The notes beneath the pieces are model-generated. The model was not told the DNA's origin. It searched no databases and saw only the letters and a program-made list of their open reading frames with translations. A stretch of DNA of 64,000 nucleotides from Octopus sinensis. Its lineage: Eukaryota. Within the stretch, counting starts at the first letter, position 1; each line of letters begins with the position of its first letter. The stretch covers positions 137,020,001-137,084,000 of the forward strand of contig NC_042998.1 in NCBI RefSeq assembly GCF_006345805.1. The letters run 5' to 3'. Below, piece by piece: positions 39,071-52,424 of the stretch. Made by a program: the position numbers and the translations under genes.

Positions 39071-39305
39071 CAGGTGGCCACTGACGCATCTTTTTCTGTC
39101 TCTTGCTAAAACCACGATAAGGATGTGTTTTGAAAGGTGGGTATTCCGCAGAACGTTCCTTTAAAAACATATATTCATTGTTTGAGGGAGCATCCACTTC
39201 TGATCTACGAATCAAATTAAGTTCATTAGAAATATCATCAGCTGAACTGATTCCAATAAGTCCAATAACGACGATAATACTGAAGGTGAGGCCAGCTTTA
39301 AACAT
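39071..39305 (-). CDS. Tachykinin-precursor paralogue without the FxGLM motif, exon 1; join 39305-39071 + 38126-38107 gives 84 aa MFKAGLTFSIIVVIGLIGISSADDISNELNLIRRSEVDAPSNNEYMFLKERSAEYPPFKTHPYRGFSKRQKKMRQWPPGSRTPL
   Basis: Colinear with OctTK (signal-SSADD-NLI[KR]RSEV-xxS-E-RS-SKR), same CAACATG start context, TATA 64 nt upstream, phase-1 donor CCTG|GTAGTA at 39070. Confidence 0.85.
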
Positions 39306-39362
39306 GTTGAGAATGTAAATTACAATCACTATCTGCATTCATAGTTACATATTGCTCGTTTT

Positions 39363-39495
39363 TTTTATAAATTTCTTCTCAAATTCTCTGAGAGAAAAAA
39401 ACACATGTTATTCTATTCTAATTATAAATTCATATTTCCACAAACTGAGTCAGCAAATTCAAAGATACACAAGACCACTCTATAATTGTTCAGGT
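39363..39495 (-). promoter_or_regulatory. Proximal promoter of the 39-kb paralogue (TATA 39369-39363; AATTTGCTGACTCAG)
   Basis: Reverse-complement homology to 42460-42580. Confidence 0.65.
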
Positions 39496-39532
39496 GTTTA
39501 TTTATTCTTTTCTTCTGTTAATTAACACACAT

Positions 39533-39633
<101 letters not shown>

Positions 39634-39856
39634 AGCCATACATATACCACGCATATATGTTTAGATATATATAGGCACAAACGCAGACACGAGAAGCGCA
39701 CGTGCACAAACACATACATTCAAACGCACAGACGCTCACAACCACGCACGAACTCGGAAGCAGAAGCACACACACACACACACACACATGTATACATGCA
39801 GAAGCAAGCACACACACACAGATACGGGAATGCACACGCAGTAAAATGCATGCATG

Positions 39857-39888
<32 letters not shown>

Positions 39889-40486
39889 CATACATACATA
39901 CATATATACATACATACATACATACATACATACATACATACATACATACATACATACATACATACATACATACATAGACTAACAGCTGTCCTAAAATGTC
40001 GTCACGGTACTACCTCCCTATGGAGCATGACGTTGTTGCTAAAACAATTTACAATTCCACCGCAAAAAAGACTGCCCTGAAATAAACTCTCTTTTAGAGA
40101 GACTTAGTAATTTTAATATTTCTATTATTGAAAACAAGTGGATGTATTCCACCGAAGCTAGGTAAATAAAACCTTTGAACAGAGATTGTCAGAAGCGACA
40201 CCTACTGGTTTGGCTACGCTGCATTGAAAAGGGGCAATACCCCGAAACGCGTCTGTAGCTGCCGGCCAAGTAGTGTGGAGCGACTGACCTCCCTTGTTCA
40301 AAGGTTATATGGATACAGTTTGTGTATCAAATAGCTAACTTAAGGCGATGGCCTCATGGAGCTAATAAGCGGTCAGCTTTATTCTTATTTTTATAAGAAT
40401 GCCATATTAGTATGGCGATAACTAATATTTCCGGAACGCTGCCGTTGTTCTCTTTTAGAGAGACTTAGTAATTTTAATATTTCTAT

Positions 40487-40561
<75 letters not shown>

Positions 40562-42449
40562 TGTGAGTAACACAACTTCAAGATGTTGAAATTGTTCTTA
40601 TATTATTTACTTTCAAAATCATTCGACACCAGCTCAATTACTGGCTGGAGGATGGAGTTGTTCTGTTTATTTTTTGTATTCGAAAGTTTATTCTGTTGTC
40701 TTTGTCCCACTGTGCTTAACTAATCCTTTGTAAAGTCAGGTGAACAAATTAATTTATTCCTTTTCTTACTTGGTTATTCTAATCAATATAGATCATAAGT
40801 TAAGTGTCATGAATGCATATTTAATCTGCTGTTTCTATTTGTACTTGCATTTATTTCACTATCAATTAGTCTATTTAATTATTACACTACACGCCTGTGT
40901 TTCTTGATTTACAAAGAAAAATAATCATAAATAAGGTGAAATTACAAATTGAAAATTCAGAAGGCCAAAGTGTATTGGAACCTCCTTATATTTGTACAAG
41001 AAATATTGTTCTTGGGGTACTTTTGGAATGAATATGAATAATGATGCTTATTATGTATGTTTGTAACTTTTGCACAGCATGTGTTAAATATCTTGTAAAT
41101 AGTCAGCTTTCGCATGAACTAAACCTGCTGTTCCTTTAGATACCTTTAGAAAATGTATGCAACCTGTTTATTATATCGTGCACCCATGTGTCAATATGCA
41201 TATAATTTGGTAGTTTTCAATATATATATGTATACATATATATTTGTGAAATTAGGTAGTGCATTTATTGTAGAAAATTACATAATGTAGAATCATCGAC
41301 TACAATATAATCTACATATTAATAAGACTGTATAATATTTGGGTAAGGGTAAATATAAATTTCTTATTTTCTTGTTATTTTGGCATTTTCAATAACATTG
41401 TCATACATTAACAACTTTCACTATATATGTTTTTTAACAATGCCTCCAATTGGGAAAATTGAATGTTCATTCATCGAAGTTAAAAGTTTAGTGAAACACC
41501 TGCGGTCATTATTTTAGTTTTCTCTAAAAACAAAAAATTAAACTAGAGTATCATGCTGGAATGCCATTTATCATTGACTTTCTTGATTAAATGTTATTCA
41601 AGATCAATATAACAAAATAAATTCTTTCATTAAGAGACTATTTTGTAATGATCAAACTAAATTAAACTAGTTTTGCCCGTCAAAATACATTGTTCATAAA
41701 GCTAATTTAGGATTATGCTTTCCTTCTTTCAAGGTTAGAAACTCTGATAATTGCTGAGATTTCATTAAAACTATAAGCACCACATTTCAGGGTTATTAAT
41801 GACACTTATACAAATGCTTATCTTTTTATTAAATTATATCACTAAAACACTAGTAATGTGAATGTTTTATACGATAGTCTCATGAAAGAAAGGATGGCAA
41901 TGTCATTAACGTTTTTACTATATTGGTTGAAACAAACGGAGAGAATAACAAATAAATGATGAGTTATGCTATGTCTAGACACCTAGTTGCAACGCTGGCA
42001 ACGGACGGTACTACTTTATAGTAACCAAAGACCATAGGGTAGAGACAAAGCGAGTGAAATTATGTCCACTACCTAAGAACAGGAGTAGGCAATCCCACAC
42101 ACTTCCGAGTAGTTTATATGTGCTCAATTCCATTGATATTATTTGAACAAAATTGAGGGTATGGCAGAAAATACTTGCCGCTAAGAGGAATAATGAGAGG
42201 AAAGATGATACTATCAGAGGGGTCGGATACGGCAAAACGAAATGGTGATGTGGTCATCTTAACAACATTGCATATATTATTGAAAAGTCTTCAGACACTT
42301 AGGAAGGAGAGCAAAGTTAAACTTTCTGAAGATGTGCCTGCTCAAAATGATAAATATTACTAGATAATTTTTCAATAAATGAAGTAATTATAGATCGGTG
42401 ATTTAGTATAATTGATTAACGATAGAAAAGAGTACATAAACGTGTGTTG

Positions 42450-42578
42450 CACGTGCACAATTGTAGAATGGTCTAGTGTATCTTTGAATTTGCTGACTCA
42501 GTTTTCGGAAATGTGAATTCATCATTTAATAATATAACGTGTGGTTTTTTCTCAGAGAATTGAGAGGTTAATATAAAA
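42450..42578 (+). promoter_or_regulatory. Proximal promoter of the 42.6-kb paralogue (TATAAAA 42572-42578; AATTTGCTGACTCAG)
   Basis: Conserved among four family-1 loci; contains TGACTCA (AP-1 consensus) within a TGCTGACTCAG MARE-like site. Confidence 0.65.
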
Positions 42579-42628
42579 ACCGAGCGGGAGTTTGAATGCA
42601 GAGTGTGATTGTAATTTCTATCCTCAAC

Positions 42629-43055
42629 ATGTTCAAAGCTGGTTTGATTTTCTGTATAATCGTCGTTGCTGGACTTATTGCAACTAGTTCAGCTGATGAT
42701 AATTCTAATAAACTTAATTTAATTCGTAGATCAGAAGTGGATGCTCATTCAGACAATGAATATATGCCATTAACGGAACGTTTTGCAATTTTGCCGCCTA
42801 AAAAGAGGAAGTACCTTCCTGGTTCTTTGAGTTTACTCAGCAAGAGAGAGAAAGAACTTATTGGAACTAGTTCAGCTGATGATAATTCTAATAAACTTAA
42901 TTTAATTCGTAGATCAGAGGCGGATGCTCATTCAGATGATGAATATATGTCTTTAACGGAACGTTCTGCAATTTTGCCGCCTAAAAAGAGGAAGTACCTT
43001 CCTGGTTCTTTGAGTTTACTCAGCAAAAGAGAGAAAGGACGATTGCTATCTACTG
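42629..43055 (+). CDS. Tachykinin-precursor paralogue with internal 61-aa duplication, exon 1; join 42629-43055 + 43906-43916 gives 145 aa ending ...SKREKGRLLSTESR
   Basis: MFKAGLIFCIIVVAGLIATSSADD signal; two copies of SSADDNSNKLNLIRRSExDAHSDxEYMxLTERxAILPPKKRKYLPGSLSLLSKREK; TATA 57 nt upstream; phase-1 donor ACTG|GTATAA at 43056. Confidence 0.85.
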
Positions 43056-43905
43056 GTATAAAGTTTACTAATTTCTATGTTTTTTTAATATATGTCGGTG
43101 ACACGTACAATTTTAATATAAATCACGCTTGATAGTTATGTATTCACAATTGGGCTAAAACTGTAAAATATTGTATCTGATATTTTAAACTAAATAATGC
43201 AAAATAGCTTTGTAAAATTCAGTGAAATATTATGATTAATAGTAAGTTAGATATATATACAGTGATTTCACTATAGGGTTTCAACCCCAAAGCTCGACTC
43301 ATACATATTTTATCGTCCCGAAAGGATGAAAGGCAAAGTTGACTTCACATTATCTATGAAATATTGACATCACTATGGCAATATTGAAAACAACATGATT
43401 ACACAAGGGGTAAAATAAAATTAATTATATTTCCCTTTTTGTAAAACAGTTTAAACAGAATATTTTGGATGACTGAGCTGCTACTTCTAAAGATGCTACT
43501 TCAGTTGAAAACTTATCTGACATGTTAATATGCAATAATATGGTTGATGTAATATAAAACTAGTTGAAATACGTTTTTGACTATTATAAATAACAAGTGA
43601 TCATATATGAGTCTTCTTCAAGGAAATAAATTCAAAATGCTTTGCAATTACTAACCAAGTTCTTGCAAACTATTAATTGTTTGCCATAATTACTTGTTTT
43701 TCTTATTTTGGTCAAAGCTAACAACGTCTTTCTGCAGCTTTTATAAACTATACGGCTTTAAATATTGTTCTTGTTTGAGTATCGTGGAAGGGGAAAGACA
43801 GTTTAGTAACGACATTAAGTTTTTTTCTTCTTTTTTTTTACACTATATCAAAATTATTTTCTGCGGTGTTACTTCGCTCTGTTATTATAATTTCCTCTTT
43901 TCCAG

Positions 43906-43916
43906 AGTCTCGTTAA
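43906..43916 (+). CDS. Exon 2 of the 42.6-kb paralogue (ESR-stop); full exon 43906-43958
   Basis: TTTCCTCTTTTCCAG|AGTCTCGTTAA...AAAACATTTCAG|GTATTG; 53 nt, homologous to exon 2 of the other two family-1 genes. Confidence 0.8.
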
Positions 43917-44399
43917 CCCCTGTAAACTGAAAATGATGTTGCTGTCAAAACATTTCAGGTATTGCTATTCTCATCGTTTATATATATTTTTGTCAGTTCA
44001 TTTTACATGTGATTTTACATACAAAGAACACACACATTCACACACACGCGTTTATATATGAATATACATATATAAGTATGTGTGTGTCTGTGTGTGTTGT
44101 ATCAATGTACATATGTGTAAACATGTACATCAATATTTGTTCATACATACATACAAACATAGAAAGAAACTTATACACAAGATGCACATATATCTATACT
44201 TATATACATATACATATATAAATATATAGAATTACACCCATATATTGATATATAAACATATGCATAAATATAAATTGATATATGTATATATTTCATATAC
44301 AAGATACACACACGCACGCATACACATACTTATAACTAGGCATCTATATGTTTTGCCCGTATAGACAATACACCATTATCTCCTATCTAGGAGCATATT

Positions 44400-45395
44400 C
44401 AGCATATTTTGCTTTATGAGTTCAATAAAGGCAAAGTGTGCGCGGAGTATTAATGCAGTGTATGAGAATCAGACAATAAGCATAAGCCAGTGTCAACAGT
44501 GGTTCCAGAAATTCCGAGCCGGAAACTACAAGCGAGCCTCGACCTGGAAGATCTGTAGAACTCGACAAATACCATCGTAACTGTCACGGAACTAGTATAG
44601 AATCTAGGATTTGGTCATTCCACCATTCATCGACAACTGTGTGCCATCGGAAAAGTCATCAAATGGGGTTAATGCATTCCTCGCAAACCTTCCAAGTTTA
44701 ATCTCGCGCAGAGAATAAACGTGTTCTCTTCTTTGTTGTCACCTCTCAAGAAAGAAACCTATTTTGGGCCGAATAGTAACTGGTGACGAGAAATGGGTTC
44801 TCTATAAAAATGTCAGACAGAGGGTAGGGAAAGGACAAACTAAAAGTTTTCACCCACGTAAGATGTTGTTATCTGTTTGGTGAGATATGAACGGTTTAGT
44901 CCACTTTGAGCTTTTAAACTCAAACCAAACTATAACAAAGGAGATCTGTTGAGAGCAACTTGAGCGGCTTAAGTCAGCACTAGAAAATAAACGACCATCT
45001 TTGGTTTCAAGATGAAAGGTGTTCTTCCATCAGGATAATGCTCGGTTGCATACAGCGAGGATGACATTCCAAAGGCTGGAACAGTTTGAACGAGAACCGA
45101 TACTCCACCCACCATATTCGCCGGACATTGCCCCATTTGATTATCATTTATTCCGTTGTCTTCAAAATCATTTGGACGGAAAAAATATGAACTCTGTAGA
45201 CGATGTCAGAACTGTACTGGAAGAATATTTTTCGTCAGGGACAAGTGAATTTTGGAGGAGAGGCCTTGCAAGTCTACTAGATAGAAAATGAAGGAGAGTA
45301 TATTTTAAAATTAAAAAAGAACTTTGGTTATCTAAATTTTGAGAAATAAAAGAATTATTTTAACAACCGCATTATTTAGTGGATGACTCAATATA
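44400..45395 (+). mobile_element. Degenerate mariner element downstream of the 42.6-kb gene exon 2
   Basis: IVTGDEKWVLY, HQDNARLHTA and HPPYSPDIAPFDYHLF motifs. Confidence 0.88.
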
Positions 45396-48384
45396 CACCA
45401 CTGACCACTCTGAGTTATTCCACTTTCGTTTCCTTTACGCTAATTACCATGGCTAGAAGTGTATTCTACTTGTTTTCTAAAAATATCCAAATGTTTTCAT
45501 TCTGCTAGAGACAAAGAAGAATAACTGCCGTGATAATGACGTCTATTGATGTTGAAAAACTTGTCCACAGTTATTTCATTGTTTCTTCACAATCCGAATA
45601 TTTTTATCTCCCCACTGAAGTCTCAATTTTGGAGAATTCCTGTTTTCTTTTTAGATTATCTCCTCTTAACTTTTGCAGTTTGTCTCAATTGCCACCGCAT
45701 GCACGCGATTGTTCTGTATAATACTAGAGAAATTTTCGCAAGTTTATATAATTTAGCGGATCAGGTAGTCCGTATAAGCACTTATCCCAAGGTAGTCCGT
45801 ACAAGCATTTATACACTCAAAAATAGTTTTGTCAAGTTCTATATCACACTTAAGTATGCAATAATTTATCAAATATTTTGGAAAATTCTAAACACGACTA
45901 TCTTTCCAACTTCCATTAAATGATGATTGCTTTTTGTGTGTTTGTGTGTCAAGTAGAAGGAACAAAATTTAACCCTTAACTATTTCTGATTCCCAATTCA
46001 AATCTGAAATTTTACATCGTTACTGACCTATTCTATAAACGCAGTGCCTTTTAAACTACTCTCAGATTACTTTGATACTGAAGAGGTAAACGCTCTGGTT
46101 TAACCCTTGCTTTCTCAAGATAGACAGTATATAATACACTGTTCTATGATCTGAAAGCTTACCATTTATTTTAGGTATTAACATGGTAAAATTGTATTCA
46201 AAAGCATTAAATAATTAGTTCAGTAAATTAAATACAACATAAGAATATATTGATAATAGGCATTTTATTTTTTTTTCAGGAACATAATAACAAATGCCGT
46301 CTACAAATATTGGAATTAAACACTTAAATGATTTTTCTGTACTTGGTTGAACGAAAATTACTTAAAAATTTATTGATAAAAATCTCTGTAAATGAAATGA
46401 TTTCAACTGAATAAAACTTATTGAAATATATTATGGTTGTTTTTATTTGCTCTGCGTGTTTTGCATTGTCGATCTTTGTTATCTATTTTTGTTTCAAGTT
46501 ATATATACAGTTTCTTTTTTTTTTTCGAAATACAACACCGTATAGACAGACATCAACAAATAGGACTAGTGAAGAAAGTGATTCAGCCTATTTAAAGTAA
46601 CCTTTAAAATATTGTGTTGAAGGAAAATAATCTCCAAAAATTATTTAATATTTATTATGTTAGACCCCATTACTCCGAGCTTATCCGCATTCAAGCTCGT
46701 CACTCACCTTTCGTTGTGCCAGCACAAAAATATAAATAAATGAACATTTGAAAACGGTCAAAGTCAATATTTTCATACGTTACAGATTGTCTCATGAAAA
46801 TTTTCTGTAAGAAATAAACGCTAGATTATAATATTTATGAAAATTGTTACAATTGATATGAATCTTTATGGGGAATAATTGAAGTACGCTTCTGTTCTTC
46901 GCATTTCTTGTCATTTCAATAAGTATTTACTGGTGATTTTCAAGGAAAATCTTATGTAAATATTTTAATTTACTTATATTTACTAGCGGCACATGGACAT
47001 TCTACACTTTAAGCCAATATATTTGAAAACATTATGTTAATATATTAAGCACAAACAAAGAATTTCAGAACATTTCTTTGAAATCTTGCCATTTCATCAA
47101 AACTACTTTTAGATATAATCGAAATGAATATCTTGCTTATTTACCTTCTTTTAATGTTTGACAGATACCATGTGTTTTATAGTTTAAGGAAGTAAAATAT
47201 GAATTAAAAAGATAAACTTACCAATACAGTGTCCCAAATGTCACTGAGGGGTTTCAATTTTTAATAACTTCCTTCACTTTACAAATAAATGCATGAAGTT
47301 TTCATACAATATAAAGGACATAAAGGAAATTAATACGCACTAGTGCAATACCACTACATCGCATGAAAACTACCATCGCTTAAATAGCAGCCAATTTCAG
47401 CCTCGCTTGCCCGTGATATTCCCAAAACTATCACCATAACACCCTCAACAGTTTCAGATTTCCACTTCTCTGATTTCCCTACTGATATTCTCCTTCAGTT
47501 GCATCAGGGTCCCCGGTTTGATGACGTAAACCTTCTCTTTCAGGTATCCCCGTAAAAAAATCCGGTCGAATTAAGACTGGGGAACTTGAAGGCCATTCAA
47601 AATAGAGCTCAAACATGGTTCCATTTCTCTCCCCCATTCTATTTTTCAGTCCGTCATCATCTGGATTATCATCCCTTATCCTAGACCTATTTCTTTTTCA
47701 TGCTTCTTCTCTTTCTCTTCTTTTCCTTTTCTCTCTTCTTTCTCATTCTTTTCCTTTTCTCTCTTCTTACTCATTCTTTTCCTTTTCTCTTCATTCCATC
47801 ATTTACTTCTTTCCATCTTTCCCCTTCAAACAACTCACTATCCTCCTTTCTGGACCTACCTTTCGTTCATGTTTTTCCTCTCCTCCACCCCTCTTTCTCC
47901 GCTTTTCTCCTTCCGTCCTTAATCCTCAGCAAATGCTTCTATTAGTGCTTCAAAACAAATGATCTAGTTAATCTTCATTTGTTAATAAAAGGGGATAAGA
48001 TTTGTTTGCTAATGAGATAACATTTCAAAAAGTGCAACAAAATGCCAACTCAATTTTTTTATTTTTTCGATTCTAGTTTCTAACTTTTGAATGCTCAACA
48101 TTTCAAACCTCTTTCTGTAAAACAACATTTTTTAAAGAAAAATTTAAAATTTGAATATTTTGTTAAACCCCTTTTCTGTAAAACAGGAAAATTTTCCCAT
48201 TTAGGTTTCTTGCTTTTTAAGTTAGGCGTCTTTTCTATGAGTCAGTAGGAAGTAATTTGAGAGAATCTCACTGCTATTTCTAACAGGTCAATAAAACCTG
48301 TACCTTCTTTTGTTCACGCTATTCAGGTTCCCCTTGATTCCAGTGAAAAGGAAAAAAGCACTAATTTAAAGAATTAATTTAAAA

Positions 48385-50419
48385 AATTGGACATGGTGTT
48401 GATTAAATTTAACCTGTTGATCACTGGAAAGAAGAGATAAAACAACCAAAGAGACGACATCGCCATGTGTTACGGTTTAACTTTTCTTGTTTTGAGAGGT
48501 AACCAAAAAAAAAAAAGAGTAGCAAAACATGTTCGGGAGATAGAGGAGGAAGAGTAAAAGGAAAAGAGAGGAAGTTATATCATCTGGGGGAGGAAGAGTA
48601 TAAGAGAGAAACGCAAACAAAGTGATAGAAAAGAGAGCGTAAGAGGCAAAAAGATAAATATAGAGAAATGAGAAGACTCATAGATAGAGAGGATTGACAG
48701 AGAATTGACAGAAATGGAAGAAGAATCAGTTGAAAAGAGAGTAAACAAACATAGAAAGAGGAAAAGTGGGAAAGAAAAAAGCAAACAGAAGAGACAGAGG
48801 GGAAGACAGAGAGAGAGAGACACACACACACACACACAGACAGAGAGATAGAGAGAGATATATTAAGAAGTGATGACTGATACAAAGTGGAGGAGAATAT
48901 AAGTAGGAGAGAGAGTAAACAACCATTGAAAGAGGGAAAGTGGGAGAGAGAAGCAAACAGAAGAGGCAGGGAAAAGATAAAGAGAGGGTAAGAAAGAGAC
49001 AGAAAGATAGATATATATACAGATGAGATGGCTGATAGAAAGGGGAAGAGAATATAAGTAGGAAAGAAAGAGTAAACAAAGATAGAAAGAAGAAGAGTGA
49101 GAGAGGATAAGTAAGAGTAAAATTGAAATGTGAAGATGAAGAGGTTCTTGAGAAAATTATGTTAAAAGGATTGTATTATTATAATCTAATAATGATTCTG
49201 TTTGTCATAGTGTAATTTAACCTGTCGGAAAAGCTCTCACGTGATTAGAGAAACAGAGGGAAAAAGAAAAGGAGAGAGAAAAGAGGTACAGAGAGGGAAG
49301 TGACCATGACTTGAGGTAGAGGGAATGTAATTATAATATTTCACGTGATTAGTTGAAAGGAAGGAGAGGAGAAAGGGAAAAGAGAGAGAAAAGAGGATAA
49401 GACGTGGAGTGAGACAGAAAGAGAGTGAAGGAAAACGTGGGAGAGAGAAGTATCCATGACGGAGGTACGGGAAACGTAATATTTATTAAGTGGTTAAAAG
49501 TGTTAGTTGAAGGTATTGGAGGAGAGTTAAAGATATAAATTTAGGAGATGAGTGATATTCTGGTGGAGAGATCAATGAAAGACAGAGAGAGGGGAGAAAG
49601 ATGAGAGAGAGAGAGAGCAGAGAGGGAGACGAGGGAGAGAAAGGGGAGAAAGAGAGGATGATGATGATGGTAATGGTGGTGAAGTCGGGTGGGGGCGGGT
49701 GACAGGATAATGAAAAACGTTTTTAATTGAACTAAGTTTTTATATCACCTATCACTTAACTCAAGCGCATAAGTGCAATTCCATGAAATATTCAATCTTA
49801 TTTTCATGGCAGATATGTGTAATTTAACTAAAGTTTGTATTCTATGTACGGAATATTTTTTTAATGGGAAAAAGGGGAAATACGCCTGAATGTTTATTGT
49901 ATGAGGGCTGCGTATTGAGTCTATATAATTGTGCATAAATTATATAGAGTGCATATATAATGTGCCTTAAGTAATCGTCGTATTCCAACTTCTTTCACCT
50001 TTCAATGAGTAGCAGATGAGCGAATGTCTTTCCATACAGACACAATACAGGCTACGCTTTCAGCTTTCAGTTTTCAGAAATAAGCCAACAGGTTTATCAT
50101 TAATTCCGTGAAATATTGATAGTCCCGCTAGTTATTAATTACTATACTATAAAACTTATATGAAAAGAAAGGTTAAAGTACAATGAATATTTTAACATAA
50201 AGTATATGCAATTTTAACCAAATTTAAGAAAGTTAACGGAAATAAATATATTGAAGAACGCGATTTTCCTATATATTTTGCTCAAGTACGTCCTGGTTTC
50301 CATTTTCTTTTTTCGTTCTTCACATATTTCACTCGTTTTCCCCTCGATTGTTTACATATTTCATGTTATTTGCACTGCTAGTGATGTCCGGTGCCCATAT
50401 ATACATTCACACACACACA

Positions 50420-50468
<49 letters not shown>

Positions 50469-52382
50469 ATGTATGTATGTATGTATGTATGTATGTATGT
50501 AGATATACATATATATTTATTATTAATTGAACGCGACGCATCCATTTCTAAGTAAGTTTTTCTTCACCTTATTGATGCGACTCTCTACTCTATACTGTTT
50601 TCTTCCTCCATTCTTCTCTAATTCCCTTTTCCCCTCCCTCCTTCACCATTTTCTATCTCCAGGCTAGAGAGAAAGAAAAAAGGCTGGTTATTCCCCTAAA
50701 ATTCTGAATAAATACTTAAATATGATTTCTCATAAAGTTTTGATTAAGCAATACACGCTTTCTCCTATTAAAGACCGTCTACAAATTATTTCTGTATATA
50801 TGCTTATTTACAAACATTATTTTTTTGAACTTGTAAATAATTATAGCCTTGGGCCGACCAAAGACTTGGTAGACAGAAACTGTAAGGTATTTGAGGACAT
50901 ATGTTAATTTTATTATAGCAGCATATTTATCAACTTAATATTTCCTATATTTCGGAATTATCAATGGCAGACCTTATGATTACAAAAGACATGTAGAGGC
51001 AAGTAGTCATCATAGCAATAAAGGCTGAACATAGAAATTTAGAAATAACACGATTTTAAATGTTGCTAGATCCTTCATCTACAAAATTCGCAAGGAGTTA
51101 GATGGAAATGTATCACAAGTATCAAAAGTAAGAAACAGTGTAGACGCACAAATACTATTAGAACACCAGAATTTATTCAACAAGTAAAGCAGACCATTGA
51201 TGACAATCCCAGAAGATCCTTGAGGTTGATTGCAAAAGAACACCATGTTTCAAAGGAATAATCCGAACATGTTGTCTACAAAGATATCAGATACAAATCC
51301 TATGCGGTGAGTAAGGTAATATCATGTCAGAAACAGTGAAGGAAAATCGCTTTAACAGATCTAAAAGACTCCTGAACAAACTTGAAAACCCAGCAGAGAA
51401 AGATGTCATTTGGTTCTTCTCAAACGAGAAAAACTTTGATGAAGATCAGAAAGTAAACAGAAGAAATGACAGATGCCTATGTACAGACCCTCGGCCACAT
51501 CACACAAGGCTACAGCAACGCAGAGGAATAGATGGGAAAATTTGCATGACACATAACCCCAAACATTGGCCTTCTAGCTTCCCAAAATCTCAATCCATTG
51601 GATAACTATGTACAGACGGTAGTTGAGAAAGAGGTTAATGAGCACCCTCATATCACCAAAGAATCCCTAAAAGCTCCATAATCAGAGTAACGTCCAATAT
51701 GAACACAGATCATTTTATCTTAGTATGTAGACGATTCAGACCTCGTATAGAAGTCATTACTGAAGTTGAAAGAGACTTTATTGAATACAATGACGAAACA
51801 ATATCGTATTCTTATCTTCAAAGCCCTTTTCAGTAACAAGGCATTATTGTTTGTTTTTAACAGTTATTTTTGTGTATACGTATATGTTTGTTTGTTTGTG
51901 TGTTACCCTACCATCGCTTGACAACTGATGTTGGTGTCTTTACGTCCCCGTAACTTAACGTTTAGGCAAAAGGACATCGATAGAATAAGTACTAAGCTTA
52001 CAAAGAATACGTCCTGGTATCGATTTGCTCGACTTAAAGGCGGTGCTCCAACATGGCGCAATCAAATGACTGAAACAAAATAAAGGAATAAGAAAAGAAT
52101 AAAAGAATATATGTATATATGTTTCTTTGTCTATGTTTGTCCACCACCATCGCTTGAAAACCGATGTCGGTGTGTTTACGTCCCGTAACATAGTGGTTTG
52201 GCAAAAGAGACTGATGGAATAAGTACTAGGATGAAAGAATAAGGCCTGAGGGTCGATTTGGTCGACTAAAGGCGCGTCCAACATGGCTGCAGTCAAATGA
52301 CTGAAAAGAATAAAAGAATAAAAGAATATATATACATATATATATATATATATTATATATAGATATATTAATATATATATAT

Positions 52383-52424
<42 letters not shown>

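Noticed and set aside
40088-40490. ~40-bp direct repeat (40088-40128, 40451-40490) around a short insert with a Penelope-like phrase
   Set aside because: Too short and degenerate to classify; no coding evidence.
47615-49700. Hydrophobic Leu/Phe/Ser-rich ORFs resembling membrane proteins (also 52.8-53.3 kb)
   Set aside because: Products of CT/GA-rich low-complexity DNA.
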